From the NCBI GenBank assembly GCA_963712745.1, contig CAVQJC010000020.1, positions 384,001-448,000 of the forward strand: a DNA stretch of 64,000 bases, in the 5' to 3' direction. The position numbers were made by a program, and so were the translations under genes. The notes beneath the pieces were generated by a model. It was not told the origin of the DNA, searched no databases, and worked only from the letters and a program-made list of their open reading frames with translations. Shown one piece after another: positions 10,961-20,010 of this stretch; within the stretch, counting starts at the first letter, position 1; each line of letters begins with the position of its first letter. This DNA comes from an uncultured Chloroflexia bacterium (GTDB lineage: Bacteria > Chloroflexota > Limnocylindria > Limnocylindrales > CSP1-4).

Positions 10961-11742
10961 CGCACCGTGTGACCCCCATCGACCACGAGCACGTGGCCGT
11001 TGACCAGCGAGCCGGCCTCGGAGGCCAGGTAGATGGCCGCACCCACTACGTCCTCCGGCGTGCCCATGCGCCCGAGCGGGATGTTGCCGAGGAAGAACTC
11101 CGCCAGCGCCGGGTCCTCCTCCATCTTCCGGGCGATGAGCGCCGTCTTCACGTGCGTGGGCGCGATGGCATTGACGCGGATGCCGAACCGCGCCCACTCG
11201 ATGGCGAGCGTGCGGGTGAGCGCGTTGAGCGCGCCCTTGGTGGCGGCGTAGTTGGCATTGCCGGTGGTGATGCCCACGATGCTGGTGATCGACGAGGTGT
11301 TGATGATCGAACCCTCGATGCCGCGCTCGATCATGTGCCGGCCCACGGCCTGGTCGAAGTACCAGGCGCCCGAGAGGTTGATGTCCAGCACGCGCTGCCA
11401 CTGCTCGAGCGTCATCTCCTCTGCCGGAGCGCGGTCACCGATGCCGGCGTTGCTCAAGAGGACGTGGATGTCGCCGAGCTCGTCGATGGTGGCCTGCACG
11501 GCAGCCTGCACCTGCGCGTGATCGGCCACATCACAGCCGACCGCGATGGCCCGGCCACCGGCGGCCATGATCCCGTCGGCGACTTCCTGCGCCGCACCCT
11601 GGTCGATGTCCACGACCGAGACCGCGGCACCGTACTGGGCGAATCCTTCGCACACCGCGAGGCCCAGTCCGGAGCCGCCACCGGTGACGAGCGCGGTCTT
11701 GCCCGCGAGGGAGAAGAAGTCGGTCAGGTCACGGGTCTTCAC
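10957..11742 (-). CDS. SDR-family oxidoreductase (paralog of 6968-7762)
   Basis: TGGGSGLG, NAG, YAATK; shares GxTTGNANY with the first SDR. Confidence 0.92.
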   Translation of the reverse strand: MKTRDLTDFFSLAGKTALVTGGGSGLGLAVCEGFAQYGAAVSVVDIDQGAAQEVADGIMAAGGRAIAVGCDVADHAQVQAAVQATIDELGDIHVLLSNAGIGDRAPAEEMTLEQWQRVLDINLSGAWYFDQAVGRHMIERGIEGSIINTSSITSIVGITTGNANYAATKGALNALTRTLAIEWARFGIRVNAIAPTHVKTALIARKMEEDPALAEFFLGNIPLGRMGTPEDVVGAAIYLASEAGSLVNGHVLVVDGGHTVR

Positions 11743-12451
11743 TGGACGTCCCCTCTGTGGCGCGCTCGCCGGCGAGCATCTCCTCTCGCGCGCGCATCTT
11801 GTCCACGATGTCCATGTGCGGACCGGTGATGTGCTGGTCGACCGCGAGCGACACCTGGTACGGGTCCCCGGTCTGGAGCACGGCGTAGAGATCACGGTGT
11901 CGACGCACCACGATCTCCGGCGTGGGTCGATAGAGGTCGCTGTAGAAGAGCACGCGACGGCTATGGACCTGGATGGCGGCCAGGTGCTCGATGAGCAGGG
12001 CATGACCGGACAGCTCGGAGAGCGCGGTGTGGAAATCCATGTCAGCCGCGACCATGCCCGGTACGTCGCCTGCGGCCGCGGCGCGCTCGATGGCCTCGAG
12101 CCGGCGGCCGAGCATGGCCATGGCGCCCTCGTCGAGGTGGCCCCGCTCCGACGCCAGCTGAGCGGCAAACGATTCGAGCGCTGCCCGCAGCGTGTAGATC
12201 TCTTCCGCGTCCCGTGCCGTGACCGTGGAGACCATGGCGCCCTTGTGCGTGCTGCGCGTGACCAGGCCGGTGCCGGCCAACTCCCGCAGCGCCTCTCGCA
12301 CGGTGCCCCGGGAGGTCCCCAGCTCCTCGGACAGACCGGCTTCGGTGAGCGGCCGCCCGGGTGCGTAGTCGCCCCGGATGATGCCCTCGCGGATGTGCGC
12401 CACCACCGCGTCCGCGAGGCTGGGCGGCCGGTCGAGCGTCTTCTGCTCCAT
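11729..12451 (-). CDS. GntR-family transcriptional regulator
   Basis: LTEAGLSEELGTSRGTVREAL HTH plus FCD domain. Confidence 0.92.
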   Translation of the reverse strand: MEQKTLDRPPSLADAVVAHIREGIIRGDYAPGRPLTEAGLSEELGTSRGTVREALRELAGTGLVTRSTHKGAMVSTVTARDAEEIYTLRAALESFAAQLASERGHLDEGAMAMLGRRLEAIERAAAAGDVPGMVAADMDFHTALSELSGHALLIEHLAAIQVHSRRVLFYSDLYRPTPEIVVRRHRDLYAVLQTGDPYQVSLAVDQHITGPHMDIVDKMRAREEMLAGERATEGTSSEDP

Positions 12452-12482
12452 GCCTTGCGCTCCCCTCGCTGGATGTCCGCAG

Positions 12483-12510
12483 TGGACTGGTTGTTGGATT
12501 GTACTACAAT
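12483..12510 (+). promoter_or_regulatory. Sigma70-type promoter overlapped by a palindromic operator
   Basis: TGGACT-N16-TACAAT; perfect palindrome ATTGTA-C-TACAAT at 12498-12510 between divergent genes. Confidence 0.65.
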
Positions 12511-12578
12511 GAGACAGCCCGGTACCAGAGGCCCCGCCGACCAGCGAGCCGCGACCGAGCCACGGAGGACAGCAGGCC

Positions 12579-13340
12579 ATGGCGAAGCTGAGGTTCTTTG
12601 GCACCGCGGGCTACGAGCTCGTGACAGCCGACGGCGTACGGGTGGTGATGGATCCCTTCATGGACTCGAACCCGGCCTGCCCCTTGAGCTGGTCGGACCT
12701 CGAGGCGGTCGACCTGGTGCTGGTCACGCACAACGCCTACGACCACGTGGGTGAGGCGGCGGAGATCCTCAAGCGCGACAAGTGCCCGGTCATCTGCGCC
12801 AAGGACGTGGCCCACAGCCTGACCACCGTCCATGGGGTCGATCCCGACCAGATCCGCGTGACCATCTGGGGCATCCCCATGGTGGTCGCGGGTGTCCCGG
12901 TACATCCGATCGAGAGCCACCACTGGTCGTTCTCGGTGACCCCATCGGGTGAGCTCCTGTCCGGGCCGGCCATGGGCTTCATCGTCGATGCCGGGCCGGG
13001 CGTACGCCTCTACCACCAGGGCGACTCGGCCATCTCCTACGACTTCCGCCTGTGGGGCGAGCTGTACCGGCCCACCCACGGGCTGATGGTGGTGGCGCTG
13101 CCGGAGGACTCGCTGCCGCACTTCGAGGTCTATCGCGGTGGCGAGGTCACCGTGCAGGAGGCAGTCATGGCCAGCCAGTGGCTCGGTCTCAAGCACGTCA
13201 TCGCCAGCCACTACCAGTGGCCTTCACACCCGGACGTCCAGCGGTTCGTCGAGCTCATGGCCGCCCACACCGCTGCCGGCGAGTGGCAGCCCACGGTCGT
13301 AGCACCGGAGCCCGGCCAGACCATCGAGCTCGAGCCCTAG
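12579..13340 (+). CDS. Metallo-beta-lactamase-fold hydrolase (UlaG/UPF0173-like)
   Basis: VMDPF, THNAYDH, YHQGDS, ASHY. Confidence 0.85.
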   Translation: MAKLRFFGTAGYELVTADGVRVVMDPFMDSNPACPLSWSDLEAVDLVLVTHNAYDHVGEAAEILKRDKCPVICAKDVAHSLTTVHGVDPDQIRVTIWGIPMVVAGVPVHPIESHHWSFSVTPSGELLSGPAMGFIVDAGPGVRLYHQGDSAISYDFRLWGELYRPTHGLMVVALPEDSLPHFEVYRGGEVTVQEAVMASQWLGLKHVIASHYQWPSHPDVQRFVELMAAHTAAGEWQPTVVAPEPGQTIELEP

Positions 13341-13349
13341 GAGAACGCC

Positions 13350-14441
13350 ATGACCGAAGCCGTCGCCAGACACCGCATCACCGCGGACGAGAACTGCGAG
13401 GCCGTCGCAGCCTTCGAGCGCGACACGCTCACGCCGCTGAGCGCGAGCCCCGGCCTCGACGCCGACCAGCTGAAGCAGATGTACCGGCGCATGCGCCTCA
13501 TCCGGGAGTTCGACACCCAGGTGAAGGAGCTCTGGAAGCAGGACTTCATCTACGGCCTGGCCCACTCCTACGTGTGCGCCGAGGCCATCGCCGTGGGCGC
13601 ATGCACGGCTCTGCGCAAGGGCGACTACATCACCAGCACCCACCGGGGCCACGGCCACACCATCGCCAAGGGCGGCGATCCGCGGCGGATGATGGCCGAG
13701 CTGATGGGTCGCGCTGATGGCTACAACAAGGGCAAGGGCGGTTCGATGCACATCGCCGCGGTGGACATGGGCATGCTCGGCGCCACCGGCATCGTGGGCT
13801 CGGCCATGCCCATCGCGGTCGGCTCAGCGCTGACGGCCAAGACGCTGGGCCAGGACTTCGTGACGGTCTGCTTCCACGGTGACGGCGCCACCAACCAGGG
13901 CGTGTGGCACGAGTCGATCAACCTGGCCGCGGCCTGGAACCTGCCCGTCATCTTCCTCTGCGAGAACAACCAGTGGGCCATCTCGATGCCCTACGAGCAG
14001 GCCGTGCGCAACCCCTCGGTGGCCGACCGCGCCATCGGCTACGGCATCCCGGGGGTCACCGTCGACGGCTTCAACGCCATCGCCGTCCACGATGCGGTCG
14101 CGGAGGCGGCTGAACGCGCCCGGAACGGCGGCGGGCCCACGCTCATCGAGGCCCGCTTCTACCGCTACATCGGGCACTTCGTGGCCGACGATGAGGCCTA
14201 TCGCGATCTCGAGTGCAACGAGCGATGGGAGCAGTTCGATCCCATCACCCGCCTGGGCGCGTACCTGGTCGAGTCCGGCGTGGCGGACCAAGCCTGGCTG
14301 GCCGAGGCCGCGGCGGAGGCGTCTGCGACCGTAGAGGACGCCATCGAGTTCGCCAAGGCAGCGCCAGAGCCGGCCCTAGACACGCTCTACGACGGCCTCT
14401 ACTCCGACGAGTTCATGGAGCAGCAGAGGATCGGGCGATGA
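13350..14441 (+). CDS. TPP-dependent dehydrogenase E1 alpha subunit (AcoA/PdhA-like)
   Basis: STHRGHGH, GKGGSMH, GDGA...ENN TPP motif. Confidence 0.93.
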   Translation: MTEAVARHRITADENCEAVAAFERDTLTPLSASPGLDADQLKQMYRRMRLIREFDTQVKELWKQDFIYGLAHSYVCAEAIAVGACTALRKGDYITSTHRGHGHTIAKGGDPRRMMAELMGRADGYNKGKGGSMHIAAVDMGMLGATGIVGSAMPIAVGSALTAKTLGQDFVTVCFHGDGATNQGVWHESINLAAAWNLPVIFLCENNQWAISMPYEQAVRNPSVADRAIGYGIPGVTVDGFNAIAVHDAVAEAAERARNGGGPTLIEARFYRYIGHFVADDEAYRDLECNERWEQFDPITRLGAYLVESGVADQAWLAEAAAEASATVEDAIEFAKAAPEPALDTLYDGLYSDEFMEQQRIGR

Positions 14442-15511
14442 CCGTGGCACAGACTCCCGCGGGCGAGGTCCAGACCCGCCGCATGAACGTCAAGCGCGCC
14501 ATAAACGAGACCCTGCGCGAGGAGATGCAGCGCGACCCCACCGTCATCATCCTGGGCTGTGACGTGGGGGTGCGTGGCAACCCCTTCGGCGTGACCAAGG
14601 GCCTGTACGACGAGTTCGGGGCCGGGCGCGTGCTGGATACGCCTATCAGCGAGGCCGCCATCGTGGGCTCCTCGCTGGGTGCCGCGGCCACCGGCCTGCG
14701 GCCCATCGCGGAGATCCTCTTCAGCGACTGGATCACCATCGGCATGGACCAGCTGGTCAACCAGATCGCCAAGATCCGCTACATGTTCGGCGGTGCCATC
14801 AGCGTGCCGCTGGTCATCCGCGCCCCGGTCGGCGCCGGTGGCGGCCAGGCGGCCCAGCACAGCCAGTCGTTCGAGAACTGGTTCAGCGCGGTCCCGGGTC
14901 TGCAGATCGTGATGCCGTCCACCCCGGCCGACGTCAAGGGCCTGCTGCGCACCGCCATCCGCAGCGACGACCCGGTGCTCTTCTTCGAGCACAAGCGCGG
15001 CTACGAGATCAAGGGCCAGGTCCCCGTCGAGGAATACACCATCCCCTTCGGCCTGGCCGACGTCGTTCGTGAAGGCAACGATGTGACCGTGGTAGCCATG
15101 TCGATCATGCGTCACAAGGCCATGGCCGCAGCCGAGGCGCTGGCCGCCGAGGGTATCGACTGCGAGGTCATCGACCCGCGCACCATCTTCCCCTTCGACT
15201 ACGACACCGTTCTGGCCTCGCTCGAGAAGACGGGCCGGCTGGTGGTGGTCCACGAGGCCAACCGCCGCAGCAACATCGGCGGCGAGATCGTCTCGCAGGT
15301 GGTCGAACGTGGCTTCAGCCTGCTCAAGGCACCGCCGCGCATCGTGGCCGGGCTCGACGTACCCATGCCCTACAACCGCGCGCTGGAGGCGCTCGTCATC
15401 CCCGACGAGGCCCGCATCAAGGACACCATCGCTCGCGGTCGTGGGCCGCTCGAGCCAGAGGAGGTCGAGAACCCGTGGCCACGTTCTTCCCGCTGCCCAA
15501 GCTGGGCATGA
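14438..15511 (+). CDS. E1 beta subunit (AcoB/PdhB-like); C-terminal end uncertain
   Basis: DTPISEAAI, AQHSQS, FFEHK, EVIDPRT. Confidence 0.92.
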   Translation: MTVAQTPAGEVQTRRMNVKRAINETLREEMQRDPTVIILGCDVGVRGNPFGVTKGLYDEFGAGRVLDTPISEAAIVGSSLGAAATGLRPIAEILFSDWITIGMDQLVNQIAKIRYMFGGAISVPLVIRAPVGAGGGQAAQHSQSFENWFSAVPGLQIVMPSTPADVKGLLRTAIRSDDPVLFFEHKRGYEIKGQVPVEEYTIPFGLADVVREGNDVTVVAMSIMRHKAMAAAEALAAEGIDCEVIDPRTIFPFDYDTVLASLEKTGRLVVVHEANRRSNIGGEIVSQVVERGFSLLKAPPRIVAGLDVPMPYNRALEALVIPDEARIKDTIARGRGPLEPEEVENPWPRSSRCPSWA

Positions 15512-15753
15512 ACCAGGAGGAAGGCGAGATCGTCTCCTGGCTCGTGGCCGAAGGCGACCCTGTCAGCGAGGGCCAGCCGATCGTCGAGATCGAGACCGAC
15601 AAGGCCACCGTGGAGCTGGAGTCGACCGCCTCCGGCGTGCTCGCGCGGATCGTCCACGGCGAGGGCGACATCGTGCCCATCAACGGCGTGATCGCGGTCA
15701 TCCTCGCCCCCGGCGAGGCCATGCCCGACGAGATCCCCGAGACCATCGCCTGA
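15475..15753 (+). CDS. Stand-alone lipoyl-domain protein
   Basis: LPKLG...EIETDKATVE, 92 aa then stop. Confidence 0.85.
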   Translation: MATFFPLPKLGMNQEEGEIVSWLVAEGDPVSEGQPIVEIETDKATVELESTASGVLARIVHGEGDIVPINGVIAVILAPGEAMPDEIPETIA

Positions 15754-15771
15754 GCAATCGAAGGGAACCTC

Positions 15772-17941
15772 ATGACCGCCGCAGCCGCCACCGCACCCGA
15801 TCTCACCCGTGTCGAGCTGACCGAGCGAGCGCCTGGCGGACACGCCCAGGCGAACGCTGGGCCTGGCCGTCCTCAGCATCCAGACCATCCGCCGCTTCGA
15901 GAAGTGGCTGCTCGACAACGCCAACCTCGTCCACGGGCCGCTGCACTCGAGCATCGGCCAGGAGGCGACGGCCACGGGGGCCGCGCTGGCCCTGCGGAGT
16001 AGCGACTGGCTGACCTCCACGCATCGCGCCCATCACGACGTGGTGGCCAAGCTACTGCTGTCGGCCACGGCGGCCGACTTCGACCCGCTCACGGCGGGCG
16101 TGGTGACCGAGGCCATGGCCGACCCGGTCCAGCGCACCATGGCCGAGATCATGGGCCTTGAGCAGGGCCTGTGCCACGGGCGCGGCGGCTCGATGCACCT
16201 GTGGGACCGAGAAGGCGGCGTCATGACCACGGCCATCGTGGGCGGCGGCATCCCGCCCGCCGGCGGCTATGCCCTGGCCTCCAAGCTGCGCGCCACGGGT
16301 GACGTCGGCGTGGCCTCGTTCGGCGACGGCGCCACCCAGATCGGTGCCTTCCACGAAGCGGCCGCGCTGGCGCGCGCCTGGGAACTCCCGCTCATCCTGC
16401 TGCTCGAGAACAACCACTACTCCGTGGCCACCACGGTCCGTGAGTCAGCCGGCTTCACACGCCTTGCGACGCGCGCGCGCGGCTACGACATGCCCGCCAT
16501 CGTGGTCGACGGCATGGACCCCATCGCCACCATGGAGGCGATGGCGCAGGCTCGCGCGCATGCGGTCGAGCACGGGCCCATCCTGGTCGAGGCCATCTGC
16601 TACCGCTACTACCACCAGAACGGTCCCCTCCCCGGCTCGGCATTCAAGTACCGCAGCAAGGACGAGGAACGCGAGTGGAAGGGCCGGGACCCCGCGGTCG
16701 CGTTCCCGCGCCGGCTCATCGAGGCCGGCCTGCTCAGCGCCGAGCAGGTCCAGCACGTACAGGGCCTGGCCAACGCGCTCGTCGCCCGTTGCGTAGCCGC
16801 CCTCACCGTGGAGACCGAGGAAGGCCCGGCCATCCCGCAGGAGCTGTACCCACCACTCGAGGACACCTCTCGAGGCATGCTCGGGCCGGGCCTGCCGGAG
16901 CTACCGGCCGAACGGCTCGATGAGACTCCCCTCGTCGATGGCGAGCCCATCACCTATACCGAGGCCATCCAGGGTGTCATCGGCCGCTCGGTCGAACGCG
17001 ACCCGGAGGCCATCTTCATGGGCGAGGAGGTCGGGCACCTCGGTGGTGGCGTCATGGGCCTGACCAAGTCGGCCGTGGCCTTGCGACCGGAGCAAGTGAT
17101 CTCCACGCCCATCTGCGAGAACGGCTTCGCCGGCGCGGCGCTGGGCGCGGCGCTGGCGGGCATGCACCCGATCATCGAGTTCATGTACCCCGACTTCACC
17201 CTCGAGGCCACCGACCAGCTCTTCAACCACATCGCCAAGAGCCGCTACATGTACGGCGGGGATCACGAGGTGCCGATCATCGCGCGCACCCAGATCAGCC
17301 GGGGCCGCGGCTATGGGCCGCAGCACTCGTGCGACCCGGCGGCCCTGTTCACCTCGTACCCCGGCTGGCGGGTCGTCGCGCCGACCACGCCGGCCGACTA
17401 CGTCGGCTGCTGGAACGCGGCCATGCTCAGCCGAGATCCGGTGCTCGTCATCGACGACCACCGCCTGGCCAAGACCAGCGGCGTGCTCCCGGCCGCGGGC
17501 TTCGACCACGTGGTAGAGATCGGCCGGGCGCGGCTCGTGCGACCGGGACGGGATGTGACGGTGCTGGCCTGGGGCTACGCGGCCTTGCGCGTGGCGGAAG
17601 TCGTGGCGGCACTGGCAGAACGCGGCATCGAGGTCGAGGTCATCGATCCACGCTGGCTTGACGCTGCCAGCTTCGATCGCGCGACCGTGCTCGAGTCGGT
17701 GGGCCGAACCGGTGCGCTGGTCATCGCAGAGGATGCTCAGAGGACGCTGTCGATGGGCGCCCGCATCCTCGACTACCTGCAGCCGAACCTGCATTCGCTG
17801 CTGCGCACTGCGCCGCTGCGAGTGACCGGACAGGATGTGTACTCGCCGGTGAGCAAGCCGCTGGAGACCGTCGTGCACCTCCAGGACGCCGACATCGAAG
17901 CGGCCATCGTGGCTGCCGCCGAGACGAAGGAGACCACGTGA
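15772..17941 (+). CDS. Fused E1 alpha/beta TPP-dependent dehydrogenase (frameshift near 15850)
   Basis: GPLHSSIGQEA, GRGGSMH, GDGA...ENN, then STPICENGF and GPQHS beta domain. Confidence 0.9.
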
Positions 17942-18177
17942 GCACCCCTATCAAGTTGCCGAACCTCGGCGCCGAGACCGACGAAGCCCGCGTCAGCAGC
18001 TGGCTCAAGGCCGTCGGCGATACCGTCATGGAGGGCGAGGTCATCGCCGAGATCGAGACCGAGAAGGCCAACGTCGACCTCGAAGCCCCCGCCAGCGGCC
18101 GCCTCACAGAGATCCTCGTGCAGGCCGGATCCGCGGCCAAGGTCGGCACGGTGCTGGCGACACTCGAGGAGTCGTAG
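17938..18177 (+). CDS. Stand-alone lipoyl-domain protein
   Basis: LPNLG...EIETEKANVD, 79 aa; GTGA-coupled to the E1. Confidence 0.88.
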   Translation: MSTPIKLPNLGAETDEARVSSWLKAVGDTVMEGEVIAEIETEKANVDLEAPASGRLTEILVQAGSAAKVGTVLATLEES

Positions 18178-18179
18178 CG

Positions 18180-18320
18180 CCGTCAGCCGCTCGGGCTGGC
18201 CGTCAGCCGCTCGGGCTGGCCGTCAGCCGCTCGGGCTGGCCACACGGTCGGGCTGGCCGTCAGCCGCTCGGGCTGGCCACACGGTCGGGCTGGCCACAGG
18301 GTCGGGCTGGCCACACGGTC
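18180..18320. repeat. Mixed 20/17-bp tandem repeat array
   Basis: Units CCGTCAGCCGCTCGGGCTGG and CCACACGGTCGGGCTGG sharing core TCGGGCTGGCC. Confidence 0.9.
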
Positions 18321-18347
18321 GCGTCGAGGCCCATCGAGCGCAGACAG

Positions 18348-18509
18348 TTCGCAATGATCGAACACGACCCAGCCGTCTCGCGGGTTCACGGCAGGCGCAT
18401 GAGTCATTCCATGCGCCACGCGCGTGGAATATGCCCAAGTGTGCGTCGCGGGACCCCGAGCGGCGCGTTCGGCCGGCCAGGGTGATCGCTTCGCTTCGAT
18501 CATTGCGAA
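18348..18509. repeat. 162-bp imperfect palindrome (MITE/REPIN-like)
   Basis: Perfect 15-bp terminal IR TTCGCAATGATCGAA/TTCGATCATTGCGAA; centre ATTCCATGCGC-CAC-GCGCGTGGAAT. Confidence 0.75.
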
Positions 18510-18929
18510 GAACCGGACGCCACACGACACGGCGGGTTCGGACCTGGCGGAACACGGTCGCTCAGGAACAGACGTGTTGGGCCCGGGCCGCCAAGGAGCG
18601 GACGCCACGGGCGAGGCCTTTCGGCAACGAGCCGCTCGACAAGGGTGCCTCCCCGGTGGGTCGGGGGCGGGCACTTCCACACGGTCGTTCAACGCGAGGC
18701 GGCCCGTTGCAGGGTTACGGGCGAGATGCGGACGCCAACGTGCCCGACACCGGTGCCACCGGCCACGGAACCAGGCGCGATGCCCGTGGTGCAGGGTGGA
18801 GGTGCGGGCGATCCAGCACACCACGACCGGGATCGCGACCCAGCAGAACGAGATCGAGCCCATCCAGCATGATCTGTTCAACGACAGTGTGAAGTGGGGT
18901 TACTCAGACGACAGGAGCGAACCTGGCAG

Positions 18930-19078
18930 CCAGCACGGCGCCCAACCAGCGCCCGTCGCTCCAGCACGGCGCCCAACCAGCGCCCGTCGCTCCAGCACGG
19001 CGCCCAACCAGCGCCCGTCGCTCCAGCACGGCGCCCAACCAGCGCCCGTCGCTCCAGCACGGCGCCCAACCAGCGCCC
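18930..19078. repeat. 31-bp tandem repeat, about 4.8 copies
   Basis: Unit CCAGCACGGCGCCCAACCAGCGCCCGTCGCT, identical copies. Confidence 0.95.
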
Positions 19079-19176
19079 ACGTGGCGCCCCGCCGGCCCCG
19101 TATCCCCGGCTCGCCACCGCGCTATCGCGCTTTCACCCCTGACGGCCCCGAGGCCTGCTCGCTATCGCCCGCCGCG

Positions 19177-20010
19177 CTACCGCCCCCGCAAACCCCGCTC
19201 GCCGAGGAAGAGGTGCTGCACCAGCAGGAAGAACAGCACCGCCGGCAGCGTGAGCATCACCGCTCCCGCCATCAGCAGTGGCCAGTCTGTGGGATCGAGC
19301 TGCTGCAGCTGGCGTAGCCCCAGGGGCAAGGTGTAGAGGCCCTGGTCGCGCAGGTACAGCAGCGGGCTGATGAAGTCGCTCCAGTAGAGGATGAAGGTCA
19401 GCACCGCCACAGCGATGGTCGAAGGCACCGCATTGGGCAGCGCGATACGTCGCCACACCGTGAAGACCCCGGCCCCATCGAGGTGGGCCATCTCGAAGAT
19501 GGCCGGCTGCGCCCGCCGGAAGGTCCAGTAGTAGATGAGCACGAACAGCGGGCTCGAGCCGGCCAGCGATGGCACCACCAGCGCCAGCAGCGAGTCGGTC
19601 AGGCCGATCCAGTTGAAGAGCAGGAAACGGGTCAGCCAAAGGGCCGTGATGGGCACCATCAGCAGCGCCACCGAGAGCACCACCAGCACGGCCCTCGAGC
19701 GCCGCTCGAGCAGAGCCATGGCGAACCCGCCCATGGATGCGGTGATGACGGTGAGCGGCACGGCCAGCGCCACCACCGCCAGCGAATTGAGCAGGTAGCG
19801 CCCAAAAGGCAGCAGCTCGAAGACGGCCGCGTAGTTGTCCGCTGAGGGCGAGGCCGGCAGCCACTCGATGGTCCGCGGCGGTGCCAGGCCCGGCTCGCGC
19901 AGCGAGGCGGTGATCATCCACAGCAGCGGCAGCAGAAAGAGCCCGGCCACCAACAGCGGCACCACATGGCCGGTCACCGCCCCCCTGCCCCGGCCGCGTC
20001 GCTCAGACAT
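19177..20010 (-). CDS. Carbohydrate ABC transporter permease (MalG-like)
   Basis: EMAHLDGA EAA-like loop, WSDFISPL, TLPLGL. Confidence 0.92.
   Translation of the reverse strand: MSERRGRGRGAVTGHVVPLLVAGLFLLPLLWMITASLREPGLAPPRTIEWLPASPSADNYAAVFELLPFGRYLLNSLAVVALAVPLTVITASMGGFAMALLERRSRAVLVVLSVALLMVPITALWLTRFLLFNWIGLTDSLLALVVPSLAGSSPLFVLIYYWTFRRAQPAIFEMAHLDGAGVFTVWRRIALPNAVPSTIAVAVLTFILYWSDFISPLLYLRDQGLYTLPLGLRQLQQLDPTDWPLLMAGAVMLTLPAVLFFLLVQHLFLGERGLRGR

Noticed and set aside
13350-15753. Calling the first E1 pair pdhAB or acoAB
   Set aside because: No E2 core, E3 or acoX, and the context is sugar catabolic; the substrate cannot be assigned from sequence
18180-19078. Repeat arrays as a CRISPR array
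   Set aside because: Units are contiguous with no unique spacers, and no cas genes are in the window
18424-19317. 297-aa ORF across the repeat gap
   Set aside because: Runs through the palindrome and the 31-bp VNTR, has low-complexity Arg/Pro/Ala composition and overlaps the permease; no RBS or motif
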